Origin: Phoronis australis
Taxonomy: Eukaryota; Animalia; Phoronida
DNA length: 64,000 bases
NCBI GenBank assembly: GCA_002633005.1
Contig: NMRA01000271.1
Span: forward strand, 17,588-81,587
Direction: 5' to 3'
Under the pieces are notes generated by a model. The model did no database searches. It was given only the letters and a program-made list of their open reading frames with translations, and had not been told where the DNA came from. Numbering within the stretch: the first letter of the stretch is position 1; the number at the start of each line of letters is the position of its first letter. Both the position numbers and the translations under genes were made by a program. Shown in pieces: positions 39,401 through 51,400 of this stretch.

Positions 39401-42400
39401 CTGTTCATCAGCTACTTCTGAGGTACATTTATGATGTTCTGAAGTTGGCTAAAATTCTTCTAAAGGTCTTGCGCAAGTTTAAAGCACATGGAACTTTTCA
39501 CAAATAGGATTTTACTATAATTTCAAAATGGCTGAATGTATGTAAGTGGCTTTCATTGTATACTACACGTGGTGGGAGCTATGAGTATTTGAGCATCCAT
39601 ACAACGCAGCCTGTGAAATGTTCTTATATTATACATTATTCAAGAATATTGAAGCAATTCACCATGTTCTGAGGCTGTCTGGTTTGCACACTTTACAGAT
39701 TCCAACAGGAGGAGNNNNNNNNNNNNNNNNNNNNNNNNNNNNNNNNNNNNNNNNNNNNNNNNNNNNNNNNNNNNNNNNNNNNNNNNNNNNNNNNNNNNNN
39801 NNNNNNNNNNNNNNNNNNNNNNNNNNNNNNNNNNNNNNNNNNNNNNNNNNNNNNNNNNNNNNNNNNNNNNNNNNNNNNNNNNNNNNNNNNNNNNNNNNNN
39901 NNNNNNNNNNNNNNNNNNNNNNNNNNNNNNNNNNNNNNNNNNNNNNNNNNNNNNNNNNNNNNNNNNNNNNNNNNNNNNNNNNNNNNNNNNNNNNNNNNNN
40001 NNNNNNNNNNNNNNNNNNNNNNNNNNNNNNNNNNNNNNNNNNNNNNNNNNNNNNNNNNNNNNNNNNNNNNNNNNNNNNNNNNNNNNNNNNNNNNNNNNNN
40101 NNNNNNNNNNNNNNNNNNNNNNNNNNNNNNATGTCCCACATGCACAAGAAGGTGCACAAGAGCATCCAGTGGTTGAGTGTATGAACCCAGACCAACAGGA
40201 GTCTCAAGAGGAACAGACTTGGCATAATGTCCCACATGCACTAGAAGTTGTACAAGAGCATCCGGAGGTTGAGCGTGTGAACCAAGACCAACAGGAGTCT
40301 CAAGAGAAACAGACTTGGCATAATGTCCCACATGCACAAGAAGTTGTACAAAAGTATCCACTGGTTGAGATTGTGAACCAAGACCAACAGGAGTCTCAAG
40401 AGGATCAGACTTGGCACGATGTCCCACATGCACAAACAGGTGCACAAGAGCATCCACTGGTTGAGCGTGTGAACCCACACCAACAGGAGTCTCAAGAGGA
40501 AGAGACTTGGTACGATGTCCCACATGCACAAGAAGGTGCACAAGAGCATCCGGTGGTTGATTGCATGAACCCAGACCAACAGGAGTCTCAAGAGGAACAG
40601 ACTTGGCACGATGTCCCACATGCACAAGAAGGTGCACAAGAGCATCCGGTGGTTGACCGTGTGAACCCAGACCAACAGGAGTCTCAAGAGGAACAGACTT
40701 GGCACGATGTCCCACATGCACATGCTCGACCGCATCCACTAATTGAGAGTGTGAGGGAGACACCTGTTGTAGAAGTTGAAAGTGCCAGTAAGTTTTCACT
40801 TCTCAGTTATCAGAAAACTCTAATCTGAAGTCTAAAACTAATAAGATTCTTAAGTAAGATTTTTGTAAGGTTTGAAAGAAATTGGTAAGAAAAATGTAGA
40901 TTTTTTTCGTTCTTTGAAATAGATATAGGCTGCGAAGCAAAGAAGAAAAATTGCCAGAGGAAGATATATTTTGACTTCTTGCCCTAGCAACGGTAACAAG
41001 TGAATGTGCAACCTCAGAATGTGGGGACCAAGTAGACACAAAGTCGTCAATACGAGCATCAAAGTCATACAATAAGTACCCCAAATTTGTTTTAAAGTTT
41101 GTGTTGAAATGCAATTTTAAAATGGCTAACTGTTCCCAGATTTAATATCTTTGATTTAAAATTGTTCTGTTTATTTCATGAAATCAGTGCATTTGCCACC
41201 AAAGCAGTCAGCACACATCTAGCACACGTTGAAATTACTACAAAAAGTTAACAGGCAGAAGTCGGAATTGTTTTGCAAAAATTCTGCAAGCTTGCTGAAT
41301 TGCGCGCCACCAGTGCATGCGATCGCTTTTGTTTGTTGGCGTGAAGAATTAAGTTGGCGAATGAATGTACCTCGCTGGTACGCTACGTTCCTTAAGCCAG
41401 CTCGCAGGTATCACGCAGTGGCACGTGCATTAGCATTGGTTGATGTAACCTCAGCAGCCATTGGTTAGCTGTACAACACCGTGAAACAACGGCGGACTGT
41501 GAACGATTTTTAGCCTTTTCATGCAAGTGGCGTCGCAGCAACTATTTCGTTTCTGCAGTGATGTTTAATAGCCGCATGCTTGAAGCACGTCGATGTACAA
41601 TAAACACGTACCTGGCCAATTTAACTGGTATGCTATTCATACTGTATGAATACAGGAGAGTATCAGAAACAAAAACCATCGACAGTAGAAAGATGCACTC
41701 CGAAAAGCTGCAACCAAAATTTCTAGGAATCACATTTCCCAAACAAAAATTTTAAGCACCGATTTGTCTGACAACAGACCGCATTTTACACTTCATTCCA
41801 TTCCTCATGCCACTTTGTTTGCGTAAAGCGCTGCCTGTTGAGAATTAGACTAGCCAATCAGAAACGCTGGTGTACAAAAATTTCCCCAAGGAAAAGTAAG
41901 TGATACCTGCGTGCTGGCTCTGACCACCTAGCGGCACGCGGGAAACCAGCGAGCTGAATGTACACTAACTGGGAAAGTTTGGAGAGGTATTTGTGGCCCT
42001 GATTTTTGAGAACTCGGTCAATTGTACAATCCGATTTTTGTTTATTCACAAATGGAATTCAGGATGTGGTTTCATTGAATGAATGTCCCAACAGCTCATT
42101 CGTTTAAATGGCTTTTTAGAATTTGAACGGACCTCAGTTACTAAATGGTGTTCAATAATTTTTTTTCTGACTTTGCTTCAGTAATCAACAATTATGTGAT
42201 TTCATGGATATTGTAAAACCTTTTACTGATTCGAAAAAGAAACGAAAGAAAACCTGCCAGCAAAAAAGACCAAAAAAGCAGGAACTTTGGATTGTCAAGT
42301 ATGTTGTAAGCATGCATATTACTAAAAATGACGAAAAACAAGCAGAGGTGCTGTGGGAGACTGGGTTAGTGACATTTGAGCCATATGAAAACTTAAAAGA

Positions 42401-45400
42401 TGTTATTGAGTCTCATTTCCCAAACTTGTCTTCATAAGTTGTAGTTGTTATTTCCCCCACGTATTTATATGTGAGTGCATATTACCGTCATGTCTGTCCC
42501 GCCATCTGCAGCTCTATCTCCTTAACTGCAGTGCTTCATAGTGGCAGTTTGATTTTTTTACAGTTGCCTCTGTATTTTCGTTATTCTTCTAACAAATGAA
42601 CTACGGTTGGTGAGAAAAGAACTTCCAATTCTTAAAAAATGTGTTAAAGCCTAACTTCAACGGAATTTTGTTATTTTAGATGTATTGGGCTAACAAGATA
42701 GTCCTAGCAATTCCTTAGTAAAATAGGAAAACGCGAGTTCAATCAAGCAAATGTAAGCCCGCCTTTTCTTGCCACGTTGCGTCACCCAGCACAAACAACA
42801 AAAGGTTGTATTGAACAGGGGACTGACTAGAACCCCATTGCGTGCAAGTGTTATTGGCAGCTGTTTGAATTAAAAGGTGATTCTCGCAGTGACGTAGACA
42901 AAAGCAAGCCAATAAGTCAAACAGTTCAATACATTTGGCAATTTATGGCTCAGAGCAATGCTCTTAACATACTGTTGGAACCAAATTTACAGGTATTACC
43001 GTTGAAGATAGGATTTAATGAGAATAAGACACAATGGGGGCTGTGAGAGAGAAAGATTGTTCAGTCTATTATTCCATTAAAACCAGATTATGAGAAAATA
43101 TTAGTCTCTAAATGTGACTGAATATTGAACGGTACCTCCCCCAAAATTCGAGCACGCAAGTGATGAGTGAGATTACACATTTTTGTATTGGAAAAATATA
43201 ACCTGTTAAGTCCACCACTACAATGGTTCTGGTCTTTTGGTGACTTGTACAGATGTGGCCCACTCCTTGGATAGTTTCACTTGGTTAAATTTACAAGTAC
43301 ATTCCAATCTGAAAATTACAATTTCTAATTTGTTTCCTTCCAAGTTAAAAACTAAAATATTACAACGAATCAAAACTAAATGCATGGAAATCCTGTTTTC
43401 AATGCTATTCAATCCAATTTTAGATTAAAAACAGGGTTTCAGCTGTAGACAATGAGTATCCCACTATAATCACGTTCATATATAGGAAATGAAATGAAAT
43501 GAAAAAGGACAATTTGCCCTTTATTTATACCTCTTTTGGCATTCTAGGCCTCTGATTAGCCAATGTTTGTGTTCTATTACAGTGTTTTCTTTCTGTCTTT
43601 CACAACTATGGACTATTGTCTCAAGCCAAGGGTCATTGAACATTGACATATTGAATTACGTCCAGTAAAACATTCAAATAATTTCAAATTTCAGTCCACA
43701 TGTTAGTAGTACGTTTCTGGATTAAACAGTTGATATGATAAATCATGTATAATTAAACCACAATCCCTCATTGTTGTGTTGCCTCTATGCCCTAAGGTGT
43801 ATCTATTTAGTTGTAGGTCACTTATGATTGTGATATATTTGCCAAATGATTATTATTCGAATGACACTGTCAAATTTTATGCTGATAGTGTTCTGATGGG
43901 TCTGCACTGCTGTTACCCCGTCTCGTTGTTACGCTATTCTGTTGCTCCCCAACCGGAGTTTCATGTGATTGGACCAAAAGAATGGTGAAACATTGGACAG
44001 GATGACACAAGGAAACATCCCAACAAGGGAACATAAGTTGGGGAAATTTGACTGGGGAACAACCGAATGGGTCAGCCAGGTCAGCCCAGATCTATGGCCC
44101 TGGACACGGAACATTGAAGTATTCATGAACATCTTACACTTTCAGTTGAATACTTTACACAACTACAATATGCTGCATCATTCTGAATCTTAATCCTATA
44201 CAGCTGGGATTAGCAAAATAGTTGTCGAGTGCATACAAACCTCCTTAGACCTACTCAACGAAGCATGGAACTGTGTTATTTTGTGGTGTTTGATATTACA
44301 GTCACTGCAGAAATATGCTCTGTGGGAACAATCCTGGCACCAAATAATGTTGTCTTCATGAATGCCACGCAAAACACATGTATACGAAGCTGGACGAAAT
44401 ACTGTCTCGGTGTATACTTTGAGCATGTGATCTCTAACAGAGTCCCAGGCTTGGACCAACTTTTTGTTATTTGCTCTTATCTTGAGACACCTGCAAAAAA
44501 CAAAAGATGAAATCAGAAATTATGTAGGTATAAGCTCATTAACTCAGTAATCAAAGTGGAAAGGCTAAGTAACCTAATGACCGTTGTAAAAACTCATCAT
44601 TAGACTCAACTTAAACACTGTTGTGATCGGGTTCCTCAGTTTGAAAAGGATATATGGAGTCAAGAAAATTGATTCAAAAGTGATTGACTAGAATTACACA
44701 CTGAATCATACAAAGACAGAATTTTCTTTACAAGCTTATTGTTAAGAATATTGTGAACTAACCATTGACTTACCTTCCTGTATTTCCAGTGCCATTTCTC
44801 CATCATTTGTATTGATGAGCAAGTCGTTTGTTTGTAAACTCTTGGAATCTGCAGGGAGAGCACGGCCTCCGGACACCACTGTAGAGGTGAAAAGTATTGG
44901 TAGTTTTCTCTTGCGGCCTATTTTGACTTTCTGAAATCTATGAAGATGACATAAATGCAACAAATATCAGATTCAGGGATTTTCCAAGCACTACACAATC
45001 CATACTAACTGAACAACTTTTCAAGAACACTTTTGTAGTCTGTTCCTCTGAATCGACAATTTCATGTGACCATTGTTTGCCTAGTTTTCGGTTGTGTTTC
45101 GATTTCCAAAGAAAGCAAATGCTGTTCCCGAAAAAGAGATGGGGATGTTCTTCTTACTCGGGTGGGTATTTGTGCCTCTTGGGAATAATCTTTGGGTAGA
45201 TATTATAAATAACTGTAGTATAGGTATCACTGAATGATTGATGAAACAATGCATTGGGCGTAGGTATAACTTAAAAGTTTGGCTTTCATGTGAACGCTTG
45301 GTTACAAATTCTGGTTTGATCAGATCATAGACTATGATCAGATATATAGAATGTCTAGATTTGAACTAAAGTTCACTTAGATTGTGTGCCATGGTACCCT

Positions 45401-48400
45401 CAACATGACCAAAGTAGAATATATAAAATTTAGTAATGCCCAACCTGGGAATCATTCTTAGAGTCGAACTGTAAACAATAACCAGCAGTACTGTATGGGA
45501 AGATCATCCCTTTGCTAAATATGCTGATTGCAGTACATTGTCCAGATTGACCAGATTACCCTGAATTATTACCCAGCCTCGGCTGGATAACCACCCACCC
45601 AAATTAAACTGGCAATTGTGCTGTAACCATTTCGGCACTTGGCTTATTGGCAATTGTCCATTAGATGACTAGCAGAAATTCAAATGATTTATTGGAAGAG
45701 CGCCTACAACTACAGTACGTACGTTGCCGTCGGTCGAGACTCGACACCGACTGAATTTTGAGGCTTGGCTGAGGCTGACACTGTTGGCAGTTGTCAATTA
45801 TACCGATTACTGGATTACACCTTTAACAAAATACATCGTGCGAAACATTAACTTACTACTACGGAAAACTCAATAAGTGCATTGCTTTTATTACTCACTT
45901 CGCTCATTGTCTCTCAGACTGTGGAAGCCAAATTCCTTCCTTCTGATGATTTTAGAAATGTCCGCCCAATGACGTTCTCGTTTATCTCGCGAGATTGCAT
46001 GCAACACACCTGGCGTTCACTGTAACTGCGAAGGTGTGAAGCAGCACCGGTAACTGTCCGTGCTCTGGAACGTTAGCAGTAACTGGACACCCTTTCAGAA
46101 CGTAACTGCGCACATTTTCTTTTTGGTTTAAGCGCGGAGTAACTGCGTGAGGAACGGGTACTTTACCAGCGATACAGCCACACTTCACAAACTGCATCAA
46201 AGACCGACTCAAACACAGGTATCCAGAGAACCCGTAATGGACATTTCAATGCATATCAATGACAAGCCAATAGCTTCAAGTAGACGTCACAATGGACGAA
46301 CTTGAATAGTGACTCGCGCTAGCGGGCTACAGCCTGTCCCGCCACAAAATGATTCCAGTGCCCGGTTGAGCTCCTCAGTTAAATCTACTTCGTATTTTTT
46401 GGACTTGAGTGAAAACATCGATTGCCCTTTCTTGTTTTAATTACCATGTTAAGTCAACTTTTGACTTTCGATACAAGTCGAGAGTAAATTCTACGTTGAA
46501 TGGTCAATATTATCGAAAATAGTTAGGGATCTTTTCATGTAACATCCCCAATTTAATGACTGAGCCCCTATTTATTTTCAAGGAACTCTGGGCTCAGTTT
46601 GTAGTTCAATTAATAGAAAATGTCATTAATCAGAGGAGCAAGGCTGAAATGATAGAAACATGTTGCATCTGTGAGTCCATAAAGACACTAATACGGCGCA
46701 AAAAGACTTAGGGACCTTAGCCGCTTGAGTCACTATTTGGGACTGTTTTATGCAACCGGGCACAGGAAGCTTAACGCTTACATATAGACATATACCGGAA
46801 AGCTTTCAGTAGAAATCGAGCGTGCGTTCAGTAACGCTAGGTCCTAGCTAAAATCTAGCCATTGTCACGTGATCTTGTTTAAAATACACGGTAATACCTC
46901 ACGTAATCTTGCGAAGTCTTGCTTTTTAGCGCGGACCTAGCGTTACTGAACTGGAGTTAGGCGGGTGTCTAAATTCTTGTACCGAAGCAGCACTCCGGGG
47001 TCTCCAACAGAAGCCAGGCTTTCCCTTTTCCTGTAAAAGTTATATACGAATGTCTTGTATAACTGTCGTTCAGAAACTTCCACTTGGCGATTGAAGAAGC
47101 AGGAGCTTCAAACGATGTGTCGCTATCTCAATGTCATTGGTGAAAAAAAATTCCTGCAAAGCGAATAGCTACTTAAACACACACACAAACACACACACAT
47201 ACACACACACATACACACACACACACGCACGCACGCACACGCACGTGACAAACACACTGTAGCTGAAACGACAGACTGACTATAAACCGCATCCAGCCAG
47301 TTGGGCTACGAGCCTGTGTGTATAAAGATAATTGTCGGGTTTTTTGAATATTTTGCCACGGAATAGCGGGTTGTCTGGAACCGTAGCTCAAGAGTCTCGC
47401 TTGATGAACAAAAATGTCAAAATGAAAATGAAACGGGAGAACAGCGCATAAAGCACGGCAATCTGAAAGCTTTATATGAATTCACTCAGCCATTTCTCAG
47501 GCGGATGCCACGTTCGGAAGTCTGTCAAATTTGACCATTTTTCAAGGGTCCTATATAAGCTCAAGTGTACGCCTTATTGTGGACACAGGCACACGCATTG
47601 CCCTCGAGTGCGAAACATGTTTACAGGACTTGGTTTGACAGCGCATATCCAAGATTATTTCTCAAACAATGTTCACTTACAGCATGAAGCTTGCGTTTGC
47701 TAGTAGGAATATCAGGTATAACAGTCCAGTTCAGTGACTATCTGTTACAAAAGAAAACTTAATGTTTTCATATTTGTGAAGGATGAGGGAATTTTGTACT
47801 TTATTTGTGCTCGGCTCCTGGCAAGAAAAGTAATACAGAAATGCACAGTAGCAGACGCACGTTCTGTCGCTAAGTCAAACCTAACGGTTAAATATCAACG
47901 CATTTATAAGTTTTGGTAAATACATAGACCTTGATTTCAGCCAATCTCTGGCAGACAACGGTGATATTTGGCGCTTCGTAATAAAATCACAAAAAACACA
48001 ACGAAGCTCTGGTCAAACTAATAACTTAAAGAAATCTATTTTATCCAACAATAACCCCCTTAAAATCGATTATTTACCTTTTACTTTAGTTCGGTAAAAT
48101 TCTTGACCACAATTCACGAGCAAAATAGCTGAGCATGTTAAAAAAATAAATAGGATGCGACTTCTTTAAGCATGACTTTCGAGCAAGGTTTCCCTTAAAT
48201 GGCGCCTAATTCCAGATACGAGCTCAGGCTCGAATATAGGTGAATGGACCTCTAAATACGCATTATTTTGTACGGTAAGCCCCCTGTGGTGTACTGGCTC
48301 TTCGAAGAGGTCCGATGCAGTCATAAGGATAAACTCTATTGCCTGTCACAGTGAATATTTTTGCTTATTTCAAGATCAGTTCAGCAAAAATTGGTAAGAG

Positions 48401-51400
48401 ATCTGTGCTCGGTTGCATGAAACTATTCCAAGTAGGGACTCGGCTAAGTTTCCTAAATTTACTGCGTGTTTGTGGAGTTGTGAAAACATTGATTGTCCTA
48501 TCTCATGCTGTTTGAGTATCATTACTATGACAAATTTTGGCTTTGGTACAAGTCGAGAGTGAACTATACATTGAATTCTCAACATTATTGAAAATAAGTA
48601 GGGATCGTTTCATGTAACGCCCCCAATTTAAGGATTAAGTCCCTAATTATTTTGATTGAATTAAGGGCTCAGTTTTTAGTGATGTTATTAGAAAGCGCCA
48701 TTAGTCAAAGAAGAGCAAATTCAAGAAAAATATGACATCTGTGCCTAAAGAACGAAACAAATACGAAAAAGATTTAAGGAATTTAGTTAAGTCCTTATTT
48801 GGGACTGTTTAATGCAACCGGCCACTGGTTCTTCTGTTGAGATTCAAAATATCTACCTTTCATTGAAAAAATCAGATCCAAATTTTACGCCTGGGTTTTT
48901 ATGTGGATCGCTATTGTCCTTAATTAAAACAAACACAAAATAATTATTTATATTTTTTATTATATTTTTGTTTATTTAGAAAAATAAAGCAAAATAAGAT
49001 AATAAAGAAATACATCTTAGCCAATCAAATACCGCCGTTTGTGTCTTGAAATGTCCGATATGCACAGGATGAGCACATAAAATTTTTAATAAAACATTCA
49101 TTAATTCATTTATATTTTTACCTTAGTCAGGCAGCGGATAATCTTTGCACAAACATTTCATCAGACTATACAGTTTGCATTGAAAGTTTTTGTTCCGCTA
49201 ACATAATAAAAGATTTTGTGCGTCTGGGTTTTTCATGGGTCATCCTAGGTTCATTCTTTGGCATCCAGTTTTTTGGGCTGTTGTACGATGTGTTAGCTAC
49301 AAAGTCTGTGTTTATCAAATCGAGCCTGGAGAGCTTGTTCCCTGCACAGTGGTCTCTTGTATAAAACTAATCTGGCGTCTTTTGTGGTAAGATGTAAACA
49401 TATGCATCTGGTCCATGCCATCGTGACAGAAAGAATTAAAATTGTTTCTGGAAGAGTTGTCAAATGTCACAGATTGCCTTAGTCCGGTAGCCATTTTAAT
49501 AGAAGTTTGAGGCAATGGGGTCTTCTGCGTAGAAAACTGATGCTTCGTGCCCTCGGCGAGTCCTGTTTTCTTCAGGAGATATCGACGAGACATGTTTCTC
49601 CGCGATTTCTTCGATACGCGCTGTTTGAACTTGGGACACTTGACAACTCGCTGGATTTCTTGTGAGCGCTCACATGGTCACATTCTATCGCACGGTCGAC
49701 CTTCTCCATATCGGACATGGTAATGACTTTCGACGTCTCCTGCAGCGATGGGCGCACTGAAAAGCATGTAAAAGACGTGTCAATTTATCGGGAAGCAATA
49801 ATGACGACGGCAATAAGTTTGATGACGACAATGGCGATGACGGCGATAGGTTGAAAAACTAAAACAGCGTGCCCATCTGTAATCTTCGCCATTTCAAGAT
49901 TCAACGTTATCTATCCAGGAATTGAAAAACACAGTGTCATAAAGTAGGCATACGAGAAAACGGTGAGGAAGAGGCACCACATAAACACACCTCCGTGCAT
50001 TTTACACATTTAAAGGTACAACACACGACTGCAGATTTGATTATAAGTTATGCATAGGGATTTTGCAGGTATTTTATGAAATACTTGGTTTCTAACCTGC
50101 AGGAATCGTCGTAGTCCATACACCATGTCGTCCATTACGGCAACCAACTGAAACACAAGCATAAAATCGTCAGTCTGAAAATGGTTCCGTTCGTTCGACG
50201 TAATATTGATGACCGCTTCAAACAGTGGCTAAACATTACTTTTGATGGGTGAACAGTTTTAAGTACTCATCCTCAGGGACGCAAGTAGGGGAATATTCTT
50301 GTAAACTGATAACGAGTCTTTCAGTTGATACCCAATGCTTTTTTTAAAAGGTTTAAAAGCGATTTCGCCTTTCAGATTTTTATTCTCACCATTCCATCCA
50401 GCGCTCCCCTTTTTAATTTATAATTTATAAACGGAGGATTTGACGAGGCTACCATGTGTGATCAATGTTGTCTTTATTTTTTCCAGCTGGGCGCAGATTT
50501 TGGCCCTTTTCTTTTGATGCGACCATTCTCCAGGGGGAGGTTTGGAGAGACGATTCCGGAAGTCTCTTGCTCCAAGGTGACCCAAGAGTGACAAAAACAT
50601 TCGTACCGTGCATTCTGCAGTTATATAAATTTCATGTCGAGTTGGCCGGAAAAAGACTTTTTCGTGAGGGACTAAACGCGAGAGATTATGTGAGTTTAAA
50701 ACTCCCGGATCCAACTATATAACTGCCTGGCTATGTGAATGCATGCTTGCACTCGCTATTAAACTAGTTATTCTGATGACAACGGCAAGATATGAGGTCC
50801 GCATGGAAGACCACGCCACGGTAGTAAGCTTTACTTCACATTGAATTTAGCGACAGTTTCCCACTTTTGTGCGAGAAAACGTCTTGTCATTTTGGAAAGA
50901 AAAATCAACAAAAGCACCACCGTAGAATATAATATGCTTTAAATACAATTCATATAAGTTGAAACAAAAAGTTTTTGACTGGCTAATTTGGTACATAAAC
51001 TTCGTTTTGTGTTTGCTATTGGAATACGAACAAACCTCCATGCTGTTCAAGCCTTGTTACAGAGATAAATTGATATTCATGAGCTCCTCAGCTTTTTAAA
51101 CAGAAAAATAATTCAAATCTATCAGTAAGATGTATATGAAAATTTTACCTGTATAAAATCGTGTTAAGGCTAATAACTCGAGCACATCCATCCGATGCAG
51201 TCAAATTGATCGGGAAGATACCAATCATACGTCCTGGGTTTGAGCCATGGCTTAGGGAAATGAATGATGTATCTCCTGTCCTTTGGTTTTGGCTTGAGTC
51301 GCGGGAAACATTTATAAAATTTGTTTTTGAACCTTTTCCATAGACTCGGTCTAGGCGGTGGCCATTCATCAATGTGTTTTAATCTTTCAAGCATCATCTC

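Noticed and set aside
39618-40799. Long ORFs (188, 192, 368 aa) spanning the N gap
   Set aside because: Length is inflated by Ns and a stop-poor tandem repeat; the minus-strand translations have no supporting gene signals.
49300-49870. Possible nested terminal exon (49572-49757) and hydrophobic TM-like stretch
   Set aside because: No recognisable domain or partner exons; the hydrophobic frame comes from a low-complexity GAC/GAT tract.
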